A DNA stretch of 64,000 nt from Felis catus (lineage: Eukaryota), in assembly GCF_018350175.1 (NCBI RefSeq), contig NC_058382.1, positions 48,796,001-48,860,000 of the forward strand. Reading direction: 5' to 3'. The first letter of the stretch is position 1; each line of letters opens with the position of its first letter. The notes beneath the pieces were generated by a model. That model was given only the letters and a program-made list of their open reading frames with translations. It did not search any database and was not told the origin of the DNA. Shown here in pieces: positions 24,261-37,326 of this stretch. The position numbers and the translations under genes are program-made.

Positions 24261-27200
24261 ACACAAGGAAAAATTGAGGGGAGAGGGAACCAGCTAATGG
24301 GGGTGGGAGAGGTTGAAAATATGAGAGGGTGTAGATGGAGCAGGTCCTTAAACAGTCACAGGAGAGGGAATTTGGTGCACTGGTAGAGAAATTTAGACAA
24401 TAGGGACTTCTCCCATTGTAACAGGAGGGAGAGGGAAGGATAGGTATGATTGGGGGAAGGTCTGGTGGCAGAGGGCTGAGGGCAGTTTTCTATTGTTTAC
24501 TCTTGAGTAGGGAGATAATGGGGTTGGAAGTTTGAGGTGAGTGGAAGTCTTAAAATGGTCACTGGACAGAGTGGAAGAGTTAACTAGAAAGGACTAATGA
24601 ACCATGAGGTTAGAGGTACTGCTGCTGTTTCTGAAGTTCCCTCCATGGACGTTAAATATGAAATCAGGTGAATCAAACAACATAGCATAATCCTACTTGC
24701 TTTAGAAATTAAAGCAATGCCAGAACACTGGGACCTGTTCTGTTGTTAAACCTGGACTCAAATGACATTGGTTTATCAGGACAATTTTTGTGCAAATTTA
24801 GAAGCTGTTGGTGTCTGAGGGGAACAAAGACCAGAGGACAACACACCTAGCACACTTGACCGAATGCCCGACCAGGGCTGATTCAAGATTCAAGTCCTTT
24901 CAAGACTAAGCATGGGGATGTGTGTTCTCAGGGATAAGAATGAGACTACTTGGCTTTTCTCCACTTGGACAATTCCAGGATAGTGGAAGCCTATGGATGA
25001 GAATAGAACAGTACAGTTAGTTGCAAAGACTCACAGAATGTGTACTGGTACTTCCAGAAGAGTTCCGTCTAAACACCCCACCCCCACCCCCGACACACAC
25101 AAACACCCCTTCTTATGAGAGAAGCCAACTGTAGTCCTGGGTTATAGATCTGCATGAACAAAAGATCTGCTACCCCTGCCTGAGAGATATCACTAAAGCA
25201 GAAATGACATTGATCTGAACCGCTGATCCCCCAAACAGCCACCTATCTCAGACCTCATCTAATGTTTCCCTCCACCTACTCCTATCCCCCATCTTACAAT
25301 TAGAACTACCATGGAGAAGCCCCTTGCTCCAATGAATACTCAACAGTGGGACAGTTTCTAAGCCAAGGCAGAAGCATCTAGCAACAGGGGCTGGAGAATG
25401 AGAAGACATAATGTAGGGGGGTGACAAATATCCTCCAAGCAGATTCCCCACTTGGTCTGACTTGCAACTAGGTGTTTGAAGCTATTCTGGGAAAGCCCTG
25501 TCCCAGATTCAGGATTAGGAAGGCAAGGGACTGGAGCCTCCTAGCATCAGCCCCTCAGGTTCCCTCAGCTCATTTTTAGGAGATGCTACAATCTGAGTCA
25601 ATCAACAGAATAAAGAACATTTATTCTCAAGCAAAAAAAAAAAAAAAAAAAAAGGCAAAATTAGGTAAAACTACAGGGAGTTCCTAAGAACCTGACATCT
25701 ATGTCTAAGACCAAGAAAAACCTGAAGACCCCTGAAATCTACAAGTTGATGAAGAGGGGCCAAGTCCCTGCTTGCAAAGGCGACAGGCCTGAAATCCTAC
25801 ATGCTGTGTATGAGACTCAACCCTGATGCATCTGTTCTTTCCAGACCTTCCCTTTGGGTTTCTCCCCAGAGTTATTTTGTACAGTGGATCTTTTAGAGCC
25901 ACAATCCTTTTTGGAATAACAAGTAGGCATGAAACCCTATCATTCTTCCTCTGTGATATCCCTCCAGTCCCATTTCTTCTTTTGTGCTTTTTCAGTACAA
26001 TCAATGGTATCCTGGCACTTGCTGTGTGATGGGACCGATGAAATCCTCTTCAAACTGTGTTCTCAGATGCCCGCCTTTTCCAGCTCCAATGTATCCTACG
26101 TACATGTGCTGGACACTCCTCCCAACCCCACCAATTTCATAACTGCCTTTCTGTGATTTAACAACCTTTAATTCACTACTAAACTCAAATACTGTTCAAT
26201 CAAGTTTTCGTTTTGTATCAAGACTTTTCTCTGCTTATGTGGCAAGTCTGCTGTCCATACTGTCTTTCCAGTATGCTAGGTTTATTCTGGAGAAACTTAG
26301 TTTTAATATTGCTTTCCCCTGCCTAGGGCACTCTGTCACTTTTCTCTCAGGAGCAAACCCCACTCCTTTATGAAATCTTCTCTGGCCTCAGAATTCCTTA
26401 CCTTCTGAATACTAATGACACTGAAACTGCCTTCATGTTAAATAATAAACAAGATGGAACAAAGGGAGAATACCTGCTTCCAAGACCTATTTGTATTTCT
26501 TCCCTAGGACGAGAAAAATTTATGTAAGGACTTTGTATTGGCTGCTGCTTTCTTTCTAATTAGGTAGCCAGTGTTCCCTGGTTTACCAGCAGGAAAAAAA
26601 GGAATGTGAGGAGCCCTCTGGCAACTGAGTAGGGCCCTTGGCCTATGGAGACATTGCAACTGTTTGTGCTGGAGCAGTGTCAACTCTGAAATGGAACAGT
26701 AGTATCAGGTGATGACTAGCCTATGAAATCATAGTTTTCTCCACTTAGACATGATCATTAATACCAGCAACCAAAAACATAATGTCTTCTTATACTCATT
26801 AATGTTGTCCTAGTAACGTGTACTTCATAATTAAGTTCAATTAACATCAATAACAAATACATCAACAATTGACTAATTCTTATGCATACGATGAATGACA
26901 CTCAAAAAAAAAAAAAAAGCAATAAAATCCATTGTTTATGGATGATGAACATATCCAGAATCTTCCATTGGGCCCAAAATCTTTCTGCTAAGGTTGTTTC
27001 TCTATTGTAGGACATATCATTCCATACATGAGTACTAAAATGAGTAAAAGAAACTCTGTGGACTGAAGCTTACCATAGGCTCAGTACATTTTCAACAGAT
27101 CATTGATGGCTCAAGATAGCACATGGTCACAGAGGCAGCTGTTGGCCACTGAGCCCTGGAAGCCAAGCTCTGGCAAGAATGAATATGGATTGTGAAGGAA

Positions 27201-28746
27201 TCCATAACAGTGAGTCTTACGTTTTTAAAAGACACTTCTTTGGGAGACCTCTCTGCAGGAAAATGCATTTAAACGCTTCATAGATTCCATGAAACCCATC
27301 CAGTGAATTCTTAGGGGTTTGGACCAATTAAGAACTGTTGACCTAGATTTCTACCAGATAACTAGTTACTCCTACTCTTGAATCTGAACCATATCCCTTC
27401 CCATTTTGTTTAGATTTAGGGCTACACAGTAGACTGGTTATACATGTTGTGAGAAGGTGGGAGGGGAATCAGCCTGCAGCCTTGTGAGGAGTCTATACTC
27501 CTTTAATTATTGCCTTTGTTTTTAATTGTTTCAGGGTTGGTCCACAGCACTGCAGGAGGTGGGAGACAAAATTTCTTCTTACAAGAAGACTCCCAAGGTG
27601 GGTCAGAGTTGGCCAGACGCACAGAGAAGACTCTATAGTCAAATGCCAACTGGGGAAATGTAGTAGGATTAGCAGTCTGTTGGTCTCTGCAGTATCTGTA
27701 ATGTCAGATTAAGGGAACCATCTGGAGGCTGCCATTGGCCCCTTCCCTTCCCAGGTAACCAATCTGGTCCTAAAACACAGGAATACTTAAAAGGATAATC
27801 TGGGATTGGAGCAGTTCTCATCACAGAAAATCCTTCTTCCAAGCCTGGGCCTAGTTCTGTATCAAGGTCAAAGAGCTGGAGAGAAGTCCTTTTCGCTGGA
27901 GTTTCAGTTTCATCTCATCTTTGCTCTGTAACTCTGTGGGTACCATCAGCCTTGGCCAGGTAGGAAATGTCGATTACTAGTATTTGCTCTAAATGTTCTA
28001 CACAAAGATGCTCAGTAAGAAGGAAGCCAAGTCCTTGGCAGTTACTCCTGCCTTACACAGGTAAATGGCTAGTCCATCTAGTCCCTTATTGCATTGTTTG
28101 TATTCCAAGAACTGTGAGCTCAGACTTTCAGAATCCCTTTAAAATCAAGACACCAAGTATCTGAAATCATTCCCAGCTCTGAGAAATTTGCCTTCTGGGA
28201 TCTGGAGACAAAGCCAGTACTTGTCACACTATTGCTGATCACTTGTGGAACTGCCTTGAGGCTGGTCATTAGCAATTTGAAGCCATAATTTTCACTGAGG
28301 ATCCAAACCTTAGATCACCTTTTATTTGCCTGGGACTATGAAGGGGTCAAGGTGACACCTGGGATGTAAAAAAGATGCTGCAAGTGCCTGTAAGCCCAGG
28401 CTGTGTGGCAAGCTAGGGCCACCACCAACTCTCCACTATGACTCTACCACAGGCCTTACTCAAGCACAGGCAATGGACCCACTGGTAATCAGATGTGCAC
28501 TATATACAGACTGCACCTGCTGATGAAAACCATGAGGTCGTGGTCCTGCAACACAAACCTGCATACACCAAAAGCCCCAGGTTGGCATTTTGGTCCATGC
28601 TGTGGGCAACAGGGCAGGCGGGGCTGACAACACTCAGATAAGGTGCCCCAGCCCCAGGTCACAGGCCTCATGCCATACTCCAAACATGATGGCTGGCTTA
28701 TCACCTATCCTACTTGGGATCTCTCTCTGTCTCTGTGTCTCTCTCT

Positions 28747-28935
28747 TTTTTTTTTTTAACATTTAATTTTTGAGAGAGTGCACGCAGGAGAGGGGCAGAG
28801 AGAGACAGAATCCAAAGCAGGCTCCAGGCTCTGAGCTGTCAGCACAGAGCCTGATGCGGGGCCCGAACCCATAAACTGAGATCATGACCTGAGCTGAAGT
28901 CGGACACTTAACCGACCAAGCCATCCAGGCACCCC
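28747..28935 (-). mobile_element. Carnivore SINE downstream of the DDX19B stop
   Basis: Reverse-complement SINE motifs. Confidence 0.88.
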
Positions 28936-29107
28936 TATCTGTGTCCCTCTTCATCTCAATTCTGTCTGGAGGCTGGTCTTAACACTCCTGGCCAGAGAAT
29001 AGGCAGGGGCTGCTGCAAAGATCTTGAACAAGTGATTAGCCACAGCGTCTAGATGGGGAAAATGCTGGCCAAAAAAAAAAGACAGAATTTCAAAAGGTAA
29101 ATTTCTG

Positions 29108-29113
29108 TGTATT
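29108..29113 (-). terminator. Candidate proximal poly(A) signal of DDX19B (variant AATACA)
   Basis: AATACA ~220 nt after the stop, followed ~25 nt later by a GU/U-rich element (TTCTGTCTTTTTTTTTT). Confidence 0.5.
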
Positions 29114-29335
29114 CACGCCTAATCTTCAAGAGTTGTGTAAACAATTTTTTTCTACCTTCCCCCATCATTTGCACAATTTTTGTCTAGTCCAAACGTAATT
29201 TAAAATGAGGTAGGTAGTTTCTCTCTCCTCTGCCTCCTCTTCTTTGTGGCGACTGTCGAGGCCTGTGCCGTGAAAGCACCAGTCTCCCGTGCAGGGGGAG
29301 CACCAGGGGTGGGCACTGGTGACTGACGGAGCTTC

Positions 29336-29397
29336 TCAGTTGGCTATTTTCTCAATCTCATCCAAATCATCTGTGTCCAATCTTTCTATTTTCTTAT
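29336..29397 (-). CDS. DDX19B: DDX19B exon 12 coding part (KKIERLDTDDLDEIEKIAN*)
   Basis: 62 nt ending in TGA; the 12 exons sum to 1440 nt (479 aa). Confidence 0.97.
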
Positions 29398-29783
29398 CTG
29401 GGGAAAAAAAGAGAATTCACAGAGATATCAACACGGGGCTATCATGAACACACACACCTAGGGAAGGGACAGCACAGCAGGGAGGGAGGAGGCAGACGGG
29501 TTTCTGCCTCCATGCCAAGCCTCTGGCCACAGCAAACTTTCATGAAACCCCACGGGCTCCTGGTGCCTGAGCACGGGACAGAGCCCTAGGCCCTTCAAGC
29601 CTGGCCAAGGGGGCGCTGTTGTTCGAGTTCCTGACCCGAACTCACCAGGTGTGCTCTTCGAGAACTTCCATATTGTAGGAAAGGAGGGGAATGTGACAAG
29701 GACAAAGGCCTCTCGAGGAGGCCCCAGGAGAACCTGCCCCTCTAAGGAAAGGGCCCTGGCAGGGGACACTCCCAGGCACTCAC

Positions 29784-29975
29784 TAAAATGCTCCTGGATT
29801 CTGTTCAGGATGTTCATGCTGTGCTTGCTGTCGACCATGTTCACTGCCAGGCCCCTCTTGCCAAAGCGGCCCGTGCGCCCGATCCGGTGCAGGTAGGTCT
29901 CGTTGTCCGGGTTCCCATCCTTGTCCACGGGAAGGTCAAAGTTGATGACGACAGATACCTGTTCAACATCAATAC
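29784..29975 (-). CDS. DDX19B: DDX19B exon 11 (motif [10 protein letters not shown])
   Basis: 192 nt, CAG acceptor, GTGAGT donor. Confidence 0.97.
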
Positions 29976-30461
29976 CTGCACGAAAGAGGGGTGGAGTCAG
30001 GACGGGAAACAAAAACCACCACCCACCAGGCGAGGCTGCCACACGCCAGCATCAGGTGGAGGAAGAGTCTGGGGCAGGCCAGCTCTGGGATTCGGGGACC
30101 GGGGGCACGCAGCAGAATCCAGAGGGAAAAACAGAACTCTGGCAGGTGCTAACAAAATTATGACCTCGCTAGAAGAGCCTCTGCTAGATACAAGAATCTG
30201 GAGATGCGGCCGAAACTTCACTAGGGGGCCGCAGGAGAGCAGGCACCATTCACTCTAAACCAGTCACTGCCTGTTTCCTTCCACCACATCAGGACTCCTG
30301 GCTTCTGTGAAAGTTCTCATCTGCTGGGGGAATCCAGCCTCTCCCAGAAAACAAAGTCAGCACCAACCCCAGCTGGACTCCCCCGAACCATCTGAGCGTC
30401 CCGTACGGGAGCCCTGCGCTCGCCATCCGGAGCCAGGCGAACAGGCACATTCTCTGCTCAC

Positions 30462-30624
30462 CGCGGGCACACACGTTGGTGGTCACCAGCACCTTCTCTT
30501 TGCCCTCTCGGAAGCGCTCGATCACCGCAGCCCTCTGCTCCACCATCATCTCGCCGCTCAGCAGAGCCACCTGGTGGCCTTCTTTGGAGAGCTCTGCTGC
30601 CAGCCAACTAGCCGTTTTGCGGGT
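30462..30624 (-). CDS. DDX19B: DDX19B exon 10 (TRKTASWL...TTNVCARG)
   Basis: 163 nt, CAG acceptor, GTGAGC donor. Confidence 0.97.
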
Positions 30625-31175
30625 CTGGAGTGAAAGGAATGGTTTTAAATGGAGATACCTGGAAAAATAAAAACAAAAACAAACCTGCCAAAAAGTGGCT
30701 TGTTTCCATTAAAATACGTGAAAGCCTGCTGAGTTCAGCCACCAGGGTAGGCTTACCAATTTTACAAAGACAATTTTAGCCATGTGAATTTTTTTTGGAT
30801 GAATTACTTAAATCATCTTAGTGTTCAGCTAGGAAGAGTGTGGTAGGAGCCAATATCTTCATTCTCAAATAGTCTATATTCTTAATGTTATATAATCATT
30901 TCATTGGATGTTATCTGGAGTTTTTCCCAAGGTATGTCTAAGAGGTGGGGCCAAAGAAAAGTTCAATTCTTCACAGTCTTTCCCTCATAACTCATTATAG
31001 TCTGAGGAGAATATGCCCTGGGGCAGGTGGAGGTGCTTCATCATTTCCTTTCTGGCCACACAGAGGACACCCAGTCCTCCTCAGCACTGAGGTGGAGCTG
31101 GCTGAAGGGAGGGCCAGGCACACCCTCCAGTGGAGCTCCTCCCCCGGCAGGCCTGCTGCTGCCACTGCTACTCAC

Positions 31176-31413
31176 GTGGCAGAAGATCATGGCCTGAGCA
31201 ATGGTGATGGCCCCGTAGAGGTTACACAAGGCCTGGAACTTCTCATCTCTGTTATTGCACAGGACGTAATACTGCTTGATGGTGTCCAACGTCTCCTCCT
31301 CACGCTTCAGTTTGATAATGTTTGGGTCTGGGACCACTTTCTGGGCAAATTTCCATACAGAGTCCTCAAAGGTGGCAGAGAAAAGCAGCATCTGGCAGTT
31401 CCTGGGCAGCATC
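31176..31413 (-). CDS. DDX19B: DDX19B exon 9 (SAT motif III)
   Basis: 238 nt, CAG acceptor, GTGAGT donor. Confidence 0.97.
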
Positions 31414-31772
31414 CTGCAAGGGAAGACCCAGGTATGTGGCATGACCCCGAGTCTTTCCCTGGAAGGAACAGAAGACAGCCACCCCAGGCTTGGATGCTCT
31501 ACACGCCGGGGAAAGAGGCAAAAGGGGGGAGGAGAACAGCAGGGAGGAGGCAAGAGCAGCCATGGGGCAGGGAGGGGGCTGGTGTTAGATTCCCTAAGTT
31601 TCCTTCCTCAACCCATGGTCAGCGCTGAGGAGCAAATGGCCTATCAAACAAATGCTTCTGGAAGCAGTACAGTAAAGAACCTGATAGGAGCAAGAAGAAG
31701 TGTTTGAAGTAAAAGGAGAAGATGCTGTAGATCAGGAGGCTGAGACGTTCCTCTTGGCTCAAGAGTTCCTAC

Positions 31773-31950
31773 CTCTGGATGCGGATGCTCTGGTCTTGGT
31801 GGCCCTGAGTAGCTATCATCACGTCAGCCTCATCCAGAACAAACACCTTGATCTTCTTAGGGTCAATGAACTTGAGCTTGGAGCACCAGTCCAGAACAGT
31901 CCCAGGGGTGCCAATGACAATGTGTTCACTGATCTTCTGACCTCTTTCCA
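31773..31950 (-). CDS. DDX19B: DDX19B exon 8 (GTPG; VLDEAD box)
   Basis: 178 nt, CAG acceptor, GTAGGA donor; ORF track 31769-31951. Confidence 0.97.
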
Positions 31951-34207
31951 CTGTGGAGACAAGATGTTTTCCGTGGGTATTTCCATGAAAAAGTCTGCTT
32001 TCCTCTCTGAGAAAAATGTAAAGCTATGATGTATTTTAATGCAACTGTTTTTATGTTTGCCTTACTGTTTTAAGGAAAGGTTATGTTATCACTACAGTAT
32101 TTAATAATGCTGAACAGATAAGGTAAGGATATACACAGTGAAAAGATGAAAACCTCTTCAGTAGTGTTCTTTTCCATTCTCTGTAGTCATCCAGTTGTCT
32201 TTCAAGGAGGCTCTGTCGTTATCTTTATTTCTTCTCTGTCAACATCATTCCCCCAGCCCAGGATGGCACTTCTCCCAAGCAGACTTTCACAGCACTCTCT
32301 TCAGTGCACTCTGTCCCTCAGCTACCTTAGCATCTACGTCAAACAAGCCGGTTGCCTCTACGCACTGTCTGTCCGGGTCAGTAAACAGGATTCATCATGA
32401 AAGGCTTTGCTTTCCCAAAGAAACACAAAATGCCTCTATTAGATAAAGTGCTTCCCCAGACAAGGCCTGGTGGACCATAGCATGTTCTTGACTGTGTGTG
32501 CAGTCTGGAACTTAGAAGATTAGGCTCTTCATTTTGAATTAGATGGCACTTATAATTTTTAGCCCTTTGATTACAGTCTTGACCAGACACATCAAGCTTC
32601 CTCTAAACAGTCAAAATTTTGCCCTAATGTGAATGTTGAGTAAATTCAAAGCCAACACATGCCCCTTCTTACTTCTGTTAAACAAACCAATTATAGCCCC
32701 CCACAAAAGTTATTCAGACTCCTCTGCCATTCTAACCCAAATTGAAAAATTTTAAATGTCTTATCATCTTTCACTAAATTTTATAATATTATTTACTTTT
32801 TAGAAACAATTTTAAGTTGGTATTAGGACATTGTACACTGAGTAGATTTCTGTAGTCACAGTTACAGGTTAGTGGTAAAGATTCACAGGACTTAGCCAAA
32901 CTTTCAACAAGACTTTTTTTAATTACTTAAATATTGTTAATTTGTTGTATAATAAAAGTAGGAAACCTGAATAAGGGGGGGGGGGGGGGAAGCTCCAAAC
33001 CAAAAAAAAACTCTTAAATACAGAGAACAAACTGGTGTTTGCTGGTGGAGAGGAGGTGGTGAGTGAGGGAAGGTGAAATAGATAGAGGGGTTATCTTTTA
33101 CATTTAATCCACTTATCTTGATAAGCATTGAGAAAAATAGAGAATTGTTGAATCACAGGGGTGCCTGGGTGGTTTGGTTGGCTAAACGTCTGACTTCAGC
33201 TCAGGTCATGATCCCAGGGTTTGTGAGTTCGAGCCCCACATTGGGCTCTGCACTGACAATGCAGAGCCTGCTTGGGATTTTCTCTCTCTCTTTCTCTCTG
33301 CCTCTCCCTCACTTGTGTGCTCTCTCTCAAAAATAAACTTAAAAAAAAAAAAGAATTGTTGAATCCTTATATTGTATACCTGAAACTAATAGCACTGTAT
33401 GTTAATTACAATCAATTAAAAAAAATGAAATGCCAGAGTTAATTGTTCATATTCTAGAACATTTTTTGTTCTTCTAATGATATTAAAAAGAAACTAGGCA
33501 ATTAAATCCAAAATGTGCAACATTTTATAAGCAACTGGTCTGGCCTGTTCAAAAAGTCAAATGTACTGGGGGAGGAGAAGATGTAGGAACTATTCTAGAT
33601 TGAAAGAGTGCATATCCACTAATTTGATCTTGGTTCAAAAACAAAGCAGCCACAAAGAAACACTTTTGGGGAAAAATAAAATGGACTAGATACCAGTTCT
33701 TAGAGAATCTGCTAACTCTCTTGTGATAAGGGTTTTGTGGGTATGCTGAAGAATGTCCTTATTATGAGATGCATGCTCAAGTATTTAGGAATAAAGATCC
33801 ACAACATCTGCAATATACTTTCAAATGGTTCCCCCCACCACACACACACATACAGATAAAGTAAATATGGCAAAGTGATGAGTTTTTGAATGTACGTAAA
33901 GGGCACGTGTGTTATCTTTATTATTTCACCTACTGTGTATGATTTGAAATTTTTAAAATGGAAGTTGTTAGGGGAGCCTAGGTAGCTCAGTCAGTTAAGT
34001 GTCCGACTTCAGCTCAGGTCATGATCTCACAGTTCATGAGTTTCAGCCCCGTGTCAGCTCAGAGCCTGCTTGGGATTCTCTCCTTCTTTCTCGCTCCCTG
34101 CCCAACCCCCTCACTTTTGTGCACGCTCTTTCTCTCAAAATAAATAAACTTTTAAATAAAATAGAAGTGGTTAGCCTAATGAATTAGAATCACATATTCA
34201 TACTCAC

Positions 34208-34322
34208 ATTTATTGCCTCGGACAGCATAAGCTAGCTTCAGTTCAGGGTAAAATTTGCCCATCTGTTCAATCACTTTTCCTGTTTGCAGGGCGAGCTCAT
34301 AAGTTGGGGAGAGGCACAGACA
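34208..34322 (-). CDS. DDX19B: DDX19B exon 7 (SPTYELALQ)
   Basis: 115 nt, CAG acceptor, GTGAGT donor. Confidence 0.96.
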
Positions 34323-34859
34323 CTGGCAGGGAAAGAGTGTACAGTGAGATCTCAAGGGCAGTGGGGAACTACCGTCAGGACTTAGTTATTCCTCCAGCTG
34401 ACGCTGAAGAAGGGTATGTAAATTAAAGTGCACACCATTTGATTTTTTAAGCTGCAAAGTCATAAGCTAGAATTCTGAAGGGTCAGAACTCTGGCTGGGT
34501 AAAGACCGTTGAAAATAGCTATTGGCCACAGGAATATAAAAACCCCCACATGAGCAAGGATCTGAAATTCCAGTTGGAGATTAGCTTCCTTTTCACTTAC
34601 TCAGAAAGTTCTCAGAACTTTCCAAAGGATGATACTTTCCTGCAAGTAGAGGTGCCAAGTCTGTCAGCAGTATCCCAGAACTGGCAAACCACGGAGAAAG
34701 AACAGGATGTGTGTGGCTACTAGAAAATCAACCATATTGCTTGTGCTCCACAAGGGGCTCTGGTTTATGTAAAAAGTAATAAGCACCTTGGCTTTTATTC
34801 CATCAAATGTAATTTCTAGCTACATGTTAGCAGAAAATCCAAATTTACCAAGCTCTTAC

Positions 34860-34962
34860 CTGGGGGTATCTATTTGCAGGTTCTACTTGGCTGAGCATGG
34901 CCAACACGAAGGCAGCTGTTTTACCAGTGCCAGACTGAGACTGGGCAATTAAGTTCTGTGGG
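34860..34962 (-). CDS. DDX19B: DDX19B exon 6 (Walker A SQSGTGKT)
   Basis: 103 nt, CAG acceptor, GTAAGA donor. Confidence 0.96.
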
Positions 34963-37159
34963 CTGCACAAGAAAACAAACTGTTTAGGAGTGTAAATCTC
35001 AAGTATTCTCTTAGTTAAGCACAATGAAGAATAAGGCTTAGTTTACAGAAGGAGGCTTTGATTTCTGCAGTGGAGTTACACATCCTAGCTCCACAAACAA
35101 AGCACCACAGAGAGAAGACTATGGTGGGATTCAAAGCACACTCTGTATCTTTTATTCTTGACACAGCAGCCAGTGAGTGATTCTTTTAAAACGTGAGACC
35201 GCTTATGTCACTCCTCATTTCATTCAGAATAAAAGTGAAAATGCTTCTGTGTTACAATCTGGCTCCCTAGTGGTTCTCTGTTCTCAGCTCCTGCTACCTG
35301 CTCCCTTAATCACCTACTCCACCACAAAGGCCTCAGTGCTGCCCCAAAAGCATGCCAGCCATGCCCCCATCTCAAGGTTTCTGCACTGGCTATACTCTGC
35401 CTGGGGCAACTGTTCCAGGTGACAACATGTCAACTCTCCTCTCCTTCAAGGCTTTGCTCGCACATCATCTACTTGATGAGATCCGACCCTAACACTTGAT
35501 TAGAATTGTAACCTACTTTGAAATACCTTAAAGAATGATGTATTGGTGGATAGATATATGATGAAGTATAATAAAATGTTAGTGACAGAATCTAGATGAT
35601 GGGCATATGGGTGTTCACTATAAAATCCTTTCAATTTTGTTGTAAGTTCGACAATTTTCATAATATAAAGTTGGGGGAAAACTGCAATTCATTTCTTTGG
35701 TATTCCTCATCTCCCCTACTATGCTCTGTTTTTCTCTTTAGCATTTGTCACCGTTTTAACTTTTATTTATTTTAGTACGTTTATTTACTGAGAGAGAGCA
35801 AGAGAGAGAGAGAAAGCCAGCAAACGAGTGGGGGGACAGAAGATCCTAAGCAGGCTCTATGCTGACAGCAGAGAGCTCAATGCAGGGCTCAAACTCATGA
35901 ACCATAAGATCATGACCTGAGCCGAAGTCAGACACTTAACCAACTGAGCCACTCAGGCGCCCTATCACCTTTTTTTAAAAACAGCTTGTAAATGTACAAT
36001 TCAGTGGCATTAATTACATTTAAGACTTATATCTTTTAACATGCTATATACTGTATATTTTATTTATTTTTAATAAAAATAAATGATCTATACTCCAGAG
36101 TAAGCTCCTTATACAGGGCAGGAATTTTTGTCTGCTTTGTTTACTAATGTATCCAAGGATCTACAATAGTATCTGTTACATACCTGTACTCAATACATAT
36201 TTGTTAATGAAGAATAGTACTAGATAGTTCTCTTAGGTCTCTTCTAACATTGATGATTAAAAATTGAGCATCTATGAAAGCATTAAGATCTCTAGGGGCA
36301 CCTGGGTGGCTCAGTCAGTTAAGTGTCTGACTTCGGCTCAGATCATGATTTTACGGTTCATGAGTTTGAGCTCCACATTGGGCTCTGACCTGACATTGCA
36401 GAGCCTGCTGGGGATTCTCTCCTGTCTCTTCCCCTCCCCTGATCTCTAAATAAATAAATAAACTTAAAAAAAAAAAAAGATCTTTAAACACAAATGACCA
36501 ATGTGAAACAAATATTCCATTTATTCATCTCTATGTTCAAAGTGTCAAGCTAAAAAGCAAGATTATTCATCATGAAAAAAGTCACTATTATGACATGGAA
36601 CAAAGAAAATGTTAAGAAAATACAGACCCAAAATATCTTTTTTTTTTTATTTACTTATATTTTATTATTTTTTAAGTAGGCTTCATGCCCAGTGCAGAGC
36701 CCAATGCAGGACTGAACTCACAATGCTGACTTCGTGACCTGAGCTGAGATCAAGAGTTGGATGTCTGGGGTACCTGGGTGGCTCAGTTGGTTAAAGTCAG
36801 GTCATGATCTTGGCTCAGGTCATGATCTTGCAGTTTGTGGGTTTGGGCCCCACGTCAGGCTCTGTGCTGACAGCTCGGAGCCTGGAGCCTGCTTCAGATT
36901 CTGTGTCTCCCTCTCTCTCTGCCCCTCCCCTGCTCACACTCTGTCTCTCTGTCTCTCTCTCAAAAATAAACATTAGAAAAAAATTAAAAAAAAAAATTGG
37001 ACGCTTAACCAACTGAGCCACCCAGGCACACCCCCAAAATATGTACTTTTAGACCATAGGAAAAGGAGTTTCAGGATTTAAATTATATGCAGCATAATTT
37101 TACATAATCATATATAATGTAGGGATTTATTTTTATAAAGAGTTCCTCATGCTCTCGAA

Positions 37160-37326
37160 CCTCGTTTCTCAAAATGTGGTCTGAAACTAGCATCATCATA
37201 ATCACTTAGAAGCTTATTAGAAAAGATGAACTTTAGTCCCCACCTCAGATGGAGACTGAAATGAGAATCTGTATTTTAATAAATTCCTATGAGATTCATA
37301 TGCCTATGCAAGAGTGAAAAGCACTG
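37160..37326. mobile_element. MER5-like DNA transposon remnant
   Basis: GTTTCTCAAAATGTGGTC...AATCTGTATTTTAA...TGAAAAGCACTG. Confidence 0.55.

Noticed and set aside
25609..25653. AATAAA followed by A21 as the tail of a retrocopy
   Set aside because: I found no upstream target-site duplication or parent-gene sequence; kept only as a poly(A)-signal observation.
25705..26156. Overlapping 67-99 aa ORFs as a possible processed pseudogene
   Set aside because: No recognisable homology in the frames I translated; more simply distal 3'UTR or intergenic sequence.
29651..32029. Long plus-strand ORFs (e.g. 30945-31628, 227 aa)
   Set aside because: Antisense shadows of GC-rich DDX19B exons; no recognisable protein or independent gene structure.
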